A stretch of 32,000 nucleotides of DNA from an uncultured Pelagibacteraceae bacterium (GCA_902517865.1 CABYDT010000001.1:91862-123861); one strand, 5' to 3'. Shown: positions 17,008 through 25,494, counted from the first letter of the stretch. Notes: generated by a model not told the origin, from the letters alone. Translations and numbers: made by a program.

Positions 17008-18318
17008 ATGCCATCTCAAAAAAAAACAGTCTATGTTGCAATGAGTATAGATCTAGTACATCCAGGACACTTAAATATTATTAATAGAGCATCAAAGCTA
17101 GGTAAAGTCGTAGTTGGTTTACTGACTGATAAAGCAATTGCAAGTTTTAAAAGAGTTCCGATCATGGAATACGAAGATAGATACAAAGTTGTTTCAGCAA
17201 TTAAAAATGTTTCTAAAGTTGTAAAACAAACAACCCATGATTACAGACCTAATCTTAGAAAGATAAAACCGGAGTTTGTAGTTCATGGTGATGATTGGAA
17301 ACAAGGAGTTCAAAAAAAAATTAGAAACGATGTAATTCGTGAATTAAAAAAATGGAATGGTAAATTAATTGAATTTCCATATACAAAAGGAGTATCAACA
17401 ACAAAATTAATTGAAACAGAGAGAAAAATTGGTACGACGCCTGACATAAGAAGGAAAAGACTATTAAGATGTTTAAACTCAAGATCTTTAACAAAATTTA
17501 TTGATATTCATAGTGGATTAAGTGGATTGATAGTTGAAAAAACAAGAATTAATACCGAGGGTAAAATTGAAGAGTTTGATGGTATGTGGGCTAGCTCGTT
17601 AACAAATACTGCTGTCAAAGGTAAGCCTGATATTGAGGCAGTTGATTTAACCGAGAGGTTGCAGCTAATTCACGAGGTATTAGAAGTTACAACAAAACCA
17701 ATAGTATTTGATGCAGACACTGGAGGAAAAATCGAACATTTTATTTTTACAGTAAGAACTCTTGAAAGATTAGGGGTATCGGGTGTTATAATTGAAGATA
17801 AAACGGGTCTAAAAAAAAATTCATTGCTAGGTAAAAAGGTTTTTCAAAAACAAGAAAGTATTAAAAATTTTTCAAAGAAAATTGCAGCCGGTACGAAGGC
17901 TAAAACAACAAATGAATTTTTTGTCATTGCAAGAATAGAAAGTTTAATACTTAAAAAAAGTTTAAAAGACGCTATAACGAGAGCCAAAGCCTATATTAAT
18001 GCAGGCGCTAGTGCAATTATGATTCATAGTATAAATAAAAGTCCAAAAGAAATTTTTAAGTTTGCTAAAATTTATAATAATTTAAAAAATCGAAAACCCT
18101 TAATTGTGGTGCCAACAACCTATAATCATGTAAAGGAAAAAGAATTCGAAAAAAATGGTATAAATATGATTATCTACGCTAATCATTTATTTAGAAGTAC
18201 ATACCCAAATATGAAGACTACAGCTGAGAGTATTTTAAGGAATAAAAGATCTAAAGAGTCAGAAAAAAATTTGATGTCTATTAACGAGATTTTAAATTTA
18301 ATACCTGGAACTAAATAA
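17008..18318 (+). CDS. pepM: Bifunctional cytidylyltransferase / phosphoenolpyruvate phosphomutase (Fom1-like fusion), copy 1
   Basis: 436 aa. The N-terminal HxGH cytidylyltransferase domain has VYVAMSIDLVHPGHLNIINRA and VVHGDDW. The C-terminal ICL/PEPM domain has the PEP-mutase-diagnostic EDKxxxxxNS motif (IIEDKTGLKKNSL), plus FDADTGG and ARIES. Confidence 0.9.
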   Translation: MPSQKKTVYVAMSIDLVHPGHLNIINRASKLGKVVVGLLTDKAIASFKRVPIMEYEDRYKVVSAIKNVSKVVKQTTHDYRPNLRKIKPEFVVHGDDWKQGVQKKIRNDVIRELKKWNGKLIEFPYTKGVSTTKLIETERKIGTTPDIRRKRLLRCLNSRSLTKFIDIHSGLSGLIVEKTRINTEGKIEEFDGMWASSLTNTAVKGKPDIEAVDLTERLQLIHEVLEVTTKPIVFDADTGGKIEHFIFTVRTLERLGVSGVIIEDKTGLKKNSLLGKKVFQKQESIKNFSKKIAAGTKAKTTNEFFVIARIESLILKKSLKDAITRAKAYINAGASAIMIHSINKSPKEIFKFAKIYNNLKNRKPLIVVPTTYNHVKEKEFEKNGINMIIYANHLFRSTYPNMKTTAESILRNKRSKESEKNLMSINEILNLIPGTK

Positions 18319-18320
18319 TT

Positions 18321-19055
18321 CTACAAGGCTCCGCCTTTGTTTGAAACACTATCATTTTTATCATTAAAATATTCTAAATAAATATTAGAGTTTTTGCTTT
18401 CTGCATAAGTGTAATAAAGAATTCTTCTATCATTATCGGATTTATTTTTGTCAGATTTATGTGGACACAGATGGCTAAAAAATAATAAATCACCCGGTTT
18501 CAAGTTAACTTTTTCAAAATTAAGTTTTTCAGCATATTCCTTTTTTAGAAATGGAGTACCATTATTTTCTGTATTTTTTATGAGTTCATCAAATTTTAGA
18601 AAATCAGCTTTAGCAACTTCAAGTGTACCATTTTCATCATTGCAGGAGTCAAGTGCAACCAAAACATTGAGAAAAAAATTTGAGTATTTATGCCAGCCTC
18701 TATGTCTTGAACCATCTTTTTTTTCAAAATAAAAAATACCATCATAATGAGCTAAAAATCCCTCTCCGCCTTTTGGCTTTGCATTAAACTTATCTTTAAA
18801 AATAACGAATTCTTTTTTGAATAAACCCTTAATGTACCTTAAAATTTGATTATTTAGGTCATTTAAATATTCCCCTTTATTATAAAGTTTTTCTATCCTT
18901 CTTAGCTTATTGTTTTTGTCGTAATATTTTTCAACATTATTTGCGTTTTGAATTTCAATGTTTAGTTCATCAATAAAATCTTTTGAAAAAAAGTTTTCTA
19001 CTTTAAAATAACCTTTATCCTTAAAAATATTAATTAGATTTGATTTTTCTTTCAT
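18321..19055 (-). CDS. Fe(II)/2-oxoglutarate dioxygenase, phytanoyl-CoA dioxygenase (PhyH) family
   Basis: It has an N-terminal F.DKGYFKVENFF, an HxD motif (LAHYDG), a distal His (SHLCPHKS) and Arg (DRRILYY). The ORF track starts at 19109. The Met at 19055 (MKEKSNL...) reduces the overlap with the upstream gene to 26 nt and is the likelier start. Confidence 0.7.
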   Translation of the reverse strand: MKEKSNLINIFKDKGYFKVENFFSKDFIDELNIEIQNANNVEKYYDKNNKLRRIEKLYNKGEYLNDLNNQILRYIKGLFKKEFVIFKDKFNAKPKGGEGFLAHYDGIFYFEKKDGSRHRGWHKYSNFFLNVLVALDSCNDENGTLEVAKADFLKFDELIKNTENNGTPFLKKEYAEKLNFEKVNLKPGDLLFFSHLCPHKSDKNKSDNDRRILYYTYAESKNSNIYLEYFNDKNDSVSNKGGAL

Positions 19056-19908
19056 AAATATAATTATATGTTTGGGAAAACTCCTCGGTAACAGGTATGT
19101 TCTTTTCAAGTAACTTTTTAGTTAGTTTAAAACCTGAATTAACCATAATACTATTTACTCTTTTCCTTTGTTCTTTAAATTTTTCATTCACCTCAACCAA
19201 TATACTTTTTATTTTTTTATTCTTTAAAGTTTTTTTGCCACCTTCTAAAATTAAGTGCTCAATACCATCAACATCAATCTTGATATAATCAGGTATTTTC
19301 ATTATTTCTTTTTCTACTAAAAAATCAATAGTTGTGCCGAGAATTTTATAACTATTCCCGATATTAAATTTTTTTCCTTCAAAATTATATTTTTCTCCGT
19401 ATGTGTTTAATGACAAGCCTTCTTCAAATTTAAGTTCTTTCATCTCCAAAAATTTATTTTTTTTATCTGTTAATGGAAGAGTATTAATATTTATTTTGTT
19501 TACCATGTTATTTAAAAATATGTTCCTGCTTAAAACCCTTAAATTACTAGAAGATGGTTCAAATGCAAAAATTTGAATTTTATTTTTATGTACAATCGAA
19601 GCGTAAATTGAATACACACCGATGTTAGCTCCTATATCCCAAAAAATAATATTTTTTTTTGTCTTAAAATTATTTATCCATTCTATAGTATCAGGTTCTT
19701 TATCAATAAAAGTTCTTACTCTCCATTCAGTAAGTTGATTTGGCGTAAAAAATAAAACTTTTTTTCCTTTAATATAGATAGTTTTTATAGCATCTAAGTT
19801 GATAAAGTAATTAATCCAAGTAATAAAATTTCTATTGGTAAAAAAATAAAATAGTTTATTAATCGTTTTTAAAATAATGTAGATTAGATAAGAAAACGTT
19901 TTTAACAT
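19030..19908 (-). CDS. FkbM-family SAM-dependent methyltransferase
   Basis: 292 aa. FWDIGANIGVYSIYAS, FAFEPSSSN and IKIDVDGIEHLILEGG are the Methyltransf_21/FkbM signatures. Confidence 0.8.
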   Translation of the reverse strand: MLKTFSYLIYIILKTINKLFYFFTNRNFITWINYFINLDAIKTIYIKGKKVLFFTPNQLTEWRVRTFIDKEPDTIEWINNFKTKKNIIFWDIGANIGVYSIYASIVHKNKIQIFAFEPSSSNLRVLSRNIFLNNMVNKININTLPLTDKKNKFLEMKELKFEEGLSLNTYGEKYNFEGKKFNIGNSYKILGTTIDFLVEKEIMKIPDYIKIDVDGIEHLILEGGKKTLKNKKIKSILVEVNEKFKEQRKRVNSIMVNSGFKLTKKLLEKNIPVTEEFSQTYNYIYERKIKSN

Positions 19909-19927
19909 ATAATAAGTTTTTTATATT

Positions 19928-21007
19928 ATGAAAGATGCAATTAAAACAATAAAATTAAAAACAATTTTAAAACAAGACAATTTTTTTATCATTTCAGGTA
20001 AAAACTCTTTTCATAAATCGAAATTTAAAGAAAATTTTAAACTTAACGGTAAAAAAAATATCTTTTTAAAAAAAAATAATTATCCTGATGTTAATGAGTT
20101 AAAAAAAATACTATTTAAAGTAAATACTCATAAACCAAAATTTATTGTAGCAATAGGTGGTGGCAGTGTCTTGGATTATGCAAAACTTGTGTCTTGTTTA
20201 TATAAAGATAAAAATATTAATTACTCTAAATTAGTCAAATATAAATTCAAAAAAAAATTAAAAGTCATAGCAATACCAACTACTGCCGGATCAGGGGCAG
20301 AGATAACACCTAACTGCGTTCTATATAGAAATAAAAAGAAACTAAGTATCCACAACAAATATTTGAAACCAGATTTCTTTTATTTAAATTATAAATTATT
20401 AAAAGGGTTATCTAAAATTTATAGATCTTCTGCAGCTTACGATGCGCTTTCTCAAGCAATTGAGTCATTACTTGCAAAAAAATCTAGCCCCAAAAGTAGG
20501 CATCATTCAAAAAAATCTATCCAGCTTATTTTGAAAAATATTAGAAAATATCTGAGAACAGGTGATAAGAATAGTACAACCAAAATGCTCAATGCAGCAA
20601 ATCTCTCGGGAAAGGCAATCGCAATTACAGAAACAACTGCTCCGCATGCTCTTTCTTATGGTTTTACAGTATTTTATAACGTTCCCCATGGGCACGCAGT
20701 TGTTTTGACTTTGCCAATTATATTAAATTTTAATTTTGAAAAAATAATTTCAAATAAAAATAAGTATAAAAAAAGTTTACGTAAATATAACATGTTATTT
20801 AAAATTTTTAATGTTAAAAATATTTCCCAGCTTAATCGTAAATTAAATTCAATATTTCGAATTTATAGATATAATTTTAAACAAAGAAAAAAATTTTCTA
20901 TACCAAAGATACTTTTTGGAATAAATGAGAGAAGATTAAAAAATAATCCAGTAGATATTAATAAAGAAAATTTGAAGAAAATTTTAGAAAAAGTCAGAGC
21001 TAAATAG
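19928..21007 (+). CDS. Iron-containing (group III) alcohol dehydrogenase; candidate phosphonoacetaldehyde reductase (FomC/PhpC-like)
   Basis: 359 aa with IAIGGGSVLDYAKLVS, IAIPTTAGSGAEITP and the metal ligands in APHALSYGF..VPHGHAV. The function is inferred from context between pepM/ppd and the radical SAM gene. Confidence 0.7.
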   Translation: MKDAIKTIKLKTILKQDNFFIISGKNSFHKSKFKENFKLNGKKNIFLKKNNYPDVNELKKILFKVNTHKPKFIVAIGGGSVLDYAKLVSCLYKDKNINYSKLVKYKFKKKLKVIAIPTTAGSGAEITPNCVLYRNKKKLSIHNKYLKPDFFYLNYKLLKGLSKIYRSSAAYDALSQAIESLLAKKSSPKSRHHSKKSIQLILKNIRKYLRTGDKNSTTKMLNAANLSGKAIAITETTAPHALSYGFTVFYNVPHGHAVVLTLPIILNFNFEKIISNKNKYKKSLRKYNMLFKIFNVKNISQLNRKLNSIFRIYRYNFKQRKKFSIPKILFGINERRLKNNPVDINKENLKKILEKVRAK

Positions 21008-21077
21008 ATTTTAGTTCAAATACCCTTTATGTTTTTTTCTATTATACCTACTAAATTAATGTTATAAGTTTATTCTA

Positions 21078-21584
21078 ATGAAAATAGATAATGTTTTATT
21101 AAAAAATTATTTAAAAATTACTTTTGGTGTACTATTAGTTATTATTGTTTCAAGATTTATTCCGCACCCGCCGAATTTTACAGCTTTAATTGCGCTAAGC
21201 TTCTATGTTCCAGCAATACTAGGCAAAAAATATATACCAACCTTATTGCTGAGTTTTGTTATTACAGATCTTATAATTGGTTTTCACCAAATAATATTAT
21301 TTACATGGGGTAGCGTAATTTTAATTGGTCTTGTTTCGTCATATTTTAGTTTTTCTTTAAAAAGTAGAATTTCAGGGGCTTTTCTATCAGCATGCTTATT
21401 TTTTTTGATAACAAATTTCGGTGTATGGTTGACAGGAGTATACGGATTAACAATTGATGGTTTGCTTTTGTGCTATACAATGGCAATACCATTTTTTGGA
21501 TATACTTTAGTATCTACATTGTTGTACTCAGGAATAATTGAGATAGTAAATTCGCAATATAAAAAAATAAAAAAAATAATCTAA
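21078..21584 (+). CDS. Small polytopic membrane protein, DUF6580-like putative transporter (ECF S-component-like)
   Basis: 168 aa with 5-6 hydrophobic helices. The N-terminal SRFIPHPPNFTALIALSFY resembles the R.IPHP.NF.P motif that I associate with the DUF6580 family of putative transport proteins. This is recalled from memory and not verified. Confidence 0.45.
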   Translation: MKIDNVLLKNYLKITFGVLLVIIVSRFIPHPPNFTALIALSFYVPAILGKKYIPTLLLSFVITDLIIGFHQIILFTWGSVILIGLVSSYFSFSLKSRISGAFLSACLFFLITNFGVWLTGVYGLTIDGLLLCYTMAIPFFGYTLVSTLLYSGIIEIVNSQYKKIKKII

Positions 21585-21591
21585 TAAATAA

Positions 21592-23112
21592 TTAAGTCTG
21601 CCTTTGAAAATGGTGTGACTCTTCAGAGTTTTGGCCGTATTTATATTTGAACCTATCTATGTCTCTTTCTTTAAGTAACAAGTTAGCTTTCATGTTTGTC
21701 TCGTTAACAAACTTTTCGAATTCCTCAGGTCCATTGAAACCGTCAACTTTAATTAGTGATGATCTTAACATCATATCGTCCATAGTTCTTCCATTCCACC
21801 AAAGTTTTTCTTTCATAACTTGTCTATAAATTGGAGTACCTGGTAAAGGATTTAATATGGCGAAACCGAAGCTATCTGCTCCACTGTTCATTGCAAATTT
21901 TATTGTATTTTGAATTTCTTCATAAGTCTCGCCTGGATAACCTAAAATCCAAAATGTATGTACTAACATTCCCGCTTTTTTAGCTCTTTCAATTGCAGGG
22001 TACACAGTATTTAAATCTAGTCTTTTATTTATAAGATGATCTAAGACTCTTTGATTTCCACTCTCACATGCTAAAGTTATTTGATAGCAACCACCGTCTG
22101 CCATTGCCTGATACATTTCTTGTTGGGTTCTTAAGTGATAATTAACTTTTGTTCCATTAGGTGTACACCAAGGAAGACCAACTTTTTCTAATTCTTTACA
22201 TAGAGCATAAAGATTTTTTTTATTAACAGTCAAAGTATCGTCTAAAAATTGTATTTCGCCGATATTAAATTGTTCAACATCTTCTTTAATTTCGGTCATT
22301 ATATTTTCTGTAGTCCTCCATCTAACACTACTGCCCCACATTTGAGGTGTTGTACAAAAAGTACATTTTTCTGGGCAACCCCTTGAGCACATAACACTTA
22401 GAACTCTATTCGATCTTGCTTTCGCTGATTGGAATGCTCCTATTTTAAAATATGACTCCATATTAACAAGATGTCTTGCTGGTCGAGGTAATAAATTTAC
22501 GTCATGCTTTTCACTTTTTTGATTTATTAAATATTTTTTGTGCCCGATTTTTTTAATAAGACCTGGCACGTTTGAATAATTATCAGTTTTATTAATTATG
22601 CAATCCACTAGTTGTGTAATTGGTTTTTCACCTTCACCTGCCATTGCAAAATCAATGCAAGGATTCTCCAGGTCCTCAATATAATCTGGTAAGTTAGATC
22701 TTGGATCATTAACTGCAAATTGATAGTCTATTGCTGCGTTAGAAATGTGATTACCTCCCAGTATAACTTTAATATTGCTATTAACTTCCTTTGCAAGCTT
22801 TGCGATATTGTGTGCTGAATTTAAAAAATTGGAGAATAGGACTGATACTGCGAGGACATCTGGTGAAAAGTCTGATATTACTTTTTTGATCTGTTCATCA
22901 GATTGACCAATCATCACTTTCTTCTTTTTTTTGTCGACTATGATTCTGTGGTCCCAACCTTCTAAAGCAGTATCATGTATTTTGACAATATGACCGTGCT
23001 GTTCAAGCATGCCGGCAATTAACATAACTCCCAAGGAAGGTTGAATTCTATTAACACCATCGTCCATACCTTTGAGGTTTGGCGTCATTAAAAGTACTCT
23101 GGCTTTTTTCAT
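21592..23112 (-). CDS. Cobalamin-binding-domain radical SAM enzyme (class B; putative methyltransferase, Fom3/PhpK-like by context)
   Basis: 506 aa. The N-terminal B12-binding-like Rossmann domain begins RVLLMTPNL...PSLGVMLIAGMLEQHGHIVKIHD. The radical SAM cluster motif is CPEKCTFC (CxxxCxxC). Confidence 0.8.
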   Translation of the reverse strand: MKKARVLLMTPNLKGMDDGVNRIQPSLGVMLIAGMLEQHGHIVKIHDTALEGWDHRIIVDKKKKKVMIGQSDEQIKKVISDFSPDVLAVSVLFSNFLNSAHNIAKLAKEVNSNIKVILGGNHISNAAIDYQFAVNDPRSNLPDYIEDLENPCIDFAMAGEGEKPITQLVDCIINKTDNYSNVPGLIKKIGHKKYLINQKSEKHDVNLLPRPARHLVNMESYFKIGAFQSAKARSNRVLSVMCSRGCPEKCTFCTTPQMWGSSVRWRTTENIMTEIKEDVEQFNIGEIQFLDDTLTVNKKNLYALCKELEKVGLPWCTPNGTKVNYHLRTQQEMYQAMADGGCYQITLACESGNQRVLDHLINKRLDLNTVYPAIERAKKAGMLVHTFWILGYPGETYEEIQNTIKFAMNSGADSFGFAILNPLPGTPIYRQVMKEKLWWNGRTMDDMMLRSSLIKVDGFNGPEEFEKFVNETNMKANLLLKERDIDRFKYKYGQNSEESHHFQRQT

Positions 23113-23168
23113 ATTATGGTTACACTATATACACTAATTTATTTTTAAAAAATCAATTATTTGTTAAT

Positions 23169-23843
23169 TTACTTCTCAATATACATAGGCTTTTTAAGGT
23201 TTTTAAAAGATTTAGCTTTCTTTTTAACCTTTTTAAGAAATGTATTAATAACTCTAGTTTCGCCTTTGTAAAAAATACCGCTTGTACCTACCCCTTGATA
23301 ATTATCTAAAAGAATTAAGCCCCCTTTAATTATCCTTGGATAAAAATGATTTAAAACACATTCAGTTGATTCGACAAAATCTATATCGACGTTTAGTAAA
23401 ATAATTTTTTCTTTTGGTCTTTTTTTTAGAAATTCAGGCACTGTTTTGAGCACGTTTCCCTTAATTAATTGAAAATTTTTAATATTTTTTTTCTTAAATA
23501 ATGTTTCGAGTTTTTTTTTTGAAAAAGAATTACCAGCAGTTTTCATCCAATGTTTTCTTTGTTTTTTCTCATTTTTATACTTGGTATCTGGGTACGGCTC
23601 TTCAAAAACATCAAAGCCAATGAGTTTTGAATTCTCCTTATTAAATAATTTACGCATCATTGCAAATCTTGAAAAAGATGTGCCCTTAAATACACCCGCT
23701 TCTACTATTGATCCACTTAAGTGCGATACTTTTTTAAAAGCTTCATAATGTACCAAAAATTTCGATAATCTATCTTTTGTCATTAAAAGATTAAAATCAG
23801 TCTCTGAGTTGTACATTTTTTGGATATTAAGATAATTAACCAT
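23169..23843 (-). CDS. TylF/macrocin-O-methyltransferase-family SAM-dependent methyltransferase
   Basis: 224 aa. GSIVEAGVFKGTSFSRFA and LLNVDIDFVESTECVLNHFYPRIIKGGLILLDNY fit the TylF-like class I methyltransferase pattern, including metal-binding Asp residues. Confidence 0.7.
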   Translation of the reverse strand: MVNYLNIQKMYNSETDFNLLMTKDRLSKFLVHYEAFKKVSHLSGSIVEAGVFKGTSFSRFAMMRKLFNKENSKLIGFDVFEEPYPDTKYKNEKKQRKHWMKTAGNSFSKKKLETLFKKKNIKNFQLIKGNVLKTVPEFLKKRPKEKIILLNVDIDFVESTECVLNHFYPRIIKGGLILLDNYQGVGTSGIFYKGETRVINTFLKKVKKKAKSFKNLKKPMYIEK

Positions 23844-24598
23844 TAGAAAATTCGTTTAGCTTTAAGATAATCTTGCTTGTTATCAATTTCAATCCATTTA
23901 TTACTTTTAGTATAGTAATAATCTAAATTATTTTTACTCATAAATATATTTAAGGGATTTTCCCAGTTTTTTTTTAGATTTTTCTTCTTACTTAAAAATT
24001 TGTTAAGGATACAAATTAATTTTTTTCTATGACCGTTATCTAATCGTATAATACCGACAGCTTCACCTAAAAATTTACTACTTTTCAAAACATCCTGTTT
24101 AGCAAATTTTTTATCTATCATATATTTAATTTTTTTGCTTTTATTAATAAATACTTTGGCACACTCTTGATCTGAAATATCTCCTTTTCCAACCAATGCC
24201 AGATTAAATTTTTTTGACTTTAAAAAATGTTTTAGTATTTTAAAATCTATCATAATATCACCATCTAAAAATATGCATCTTGAATTAATTTTTTTTAAGC
24301 CTAAAAGCAGTGAGTAAGAATTTCCTTTAGAAATATAATTTTTATTTTTTGTGATTTTTATATTTATGTTATTTTTATAAGATTTTGTGATTTTTTTAAA
24401 TAAAAAATCTTTATATCCCAATACAAGAGTAAAATTTTTTGCACCAACTTTCATAAATTTATCAATATTGCTTTCCAAAATTGACTTATTTGAAATTTGT
24501 AAAAGACTTTTTGGTTTTTTTGTATAGTTAGATATTCTCGATCCCTTCCCGGCAGCGAGAATTATTATATGCGTTGACTTGCAGAGTCTTTTATCCAT
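23843..24598 (-). CDS. LicC/PntC-like nucleotidyltransferase (candidate phosphonate or phospho-alcohol cytidylyltransferase)
   Basis: 251 aa. IIILAAGKGSRISNYTKKPKSLLQISNKSILE is the NTP_transferase G-rich loop. The size and layout resemble LicC. Confidence 0.7.
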   Translation of the reverse strand: MDKRLCKSTHIIILAAGKGSRISNYTKKPKSLLQISNKSILESNIDKFMKVGAKNFTLVLGYKDFLFKKITKSYKNNINIKITKNKNYISKGNSYSLLLGLKKINSRCIFLDGDIMIDFKILKHFLKSKKFNLALVGKGDISDQECAKVFINKSKKIKYMIDKKFAKQDVLKSSKFLGEAVGIIRLDNGHRKKLICILNKFLSKKKNLKKNWENPLNIFMSKNNLDYYYTKSNKWIEIDNKQDYLKAKRIF

Positions 24599-25494
24599 GC
24601 TCTAATCATTGTTCTTTTTAATGGAGCTAATGTTTCTTTATTTTTAAAAATCTCTTCACTATTATAAAAATCAGAGAAAGATGTTCTTCCATGCAATACT
24701 TGATTATCAATTGTTAGAAGTATATCTCCTGGACTTAAATTAAATCTAATTTGATTTTCAGGGGCCTCCAATAAAGAGTCCAAAACATCTAGTGAGTATA
24801 ATTGTAATGGGCTTAAAGGTTTTTTAACTTTTTCATGAGCAGACACCATATAGGGTCTTAAATATCTAAACGTTGGTTCTTTTTTTTTATTAAATTCAAT
24901 AATTGGGGATTTATAAAAACTTTCTGATATACCTCTCTTTTCCCAATAAAAATTTTTCCTCAATATACTAAGTGCAAGTTTAAATTTTTTCTTAAGAATT
25001 TTGTATATCTCTTTACCATTAACCAAGATAGTTTCTCCTCCTATTTCGGCTCTAGAAACGCAACTTAAAATTAAATAATCCCATTTGATTTTAAGATTAA
25101 CATTATCTGTATGTATACTACCGCCTTCTCTGGTTTGATGATATCTGCCACCTGAGTTAATTGATAAATTTCTATCTCGATCAAAGACATAAACCAATTT
25201 ATCCCCCTTTTCATTTTGGACAATTTTTTTTCCAAGAATTAACGATACAGCTTTTGTAATATCTATAATTGTATCCGGCGCTAAATATTTATTTTTATAG
25301 TTAAATTGCAAGACAACACCTAACTTGCCATGTTTGAGTTTGTTTTTGCATGATTCGACATAATTCTTAAAACTCTTATTAGAGAGAATTGTATTTACGT
25401 TATCTTTATCTTTATTCTTATCTAGGCTTTTAAGTAATTTCAAAATATTAGTATTTGGACGTGAAAAATCTATATAGCGAATATTTTTTTTCAT
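24565..25494 (-). CDS. Fe(II)/2-oxoglutarate dioxygenase, TauD/TfdA (gamma-butyrobetaine hydroxylase-like) family
   Basis: 309 aa. It has an HxD in GGSIHTDNV and a distal His-Arg in DNQVLHGRTSF. The overall length and spacing are TauD-like. Confidence 0.7.
   Translation of the reverse strand: MKKNIRYIDFSRPNTNILKLLKSLDKNKDKDNVNTILSNKSFKNYVESCKNKLKHGKLGVVLQFNYKNKYLAPDTIIDITKAVSLILGKKIVQNEKGDKLVYVFDRDRNLSINSGGRYHQTREGGSIHTDNVNLKIKWDYLILSCVSRAEIGGETILVNGKEIYKILKKKFKLALSILRKNFYWEKRGISESFYKSPIIEFNKKKEPTFRYLRPYMVSAHEKVKKPLSPLQLYSLDVLDSLLEAPENQIRFNLSPGDILLTIDNQVLHGRTSFSDFYNSEEIFKNKETLAPLKRTMIRAWIKDSASQRI

Noticed and set aside
19056-19109. An 18-codon N-terminal extension of the PhyH-like ORF.
   Set aside because: It would create an 80-nt overlap with the FkbM gene. 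The internal Met at 19055 precedes the conserved F.DKGYF start of the family. The choice of start remains uncertain.
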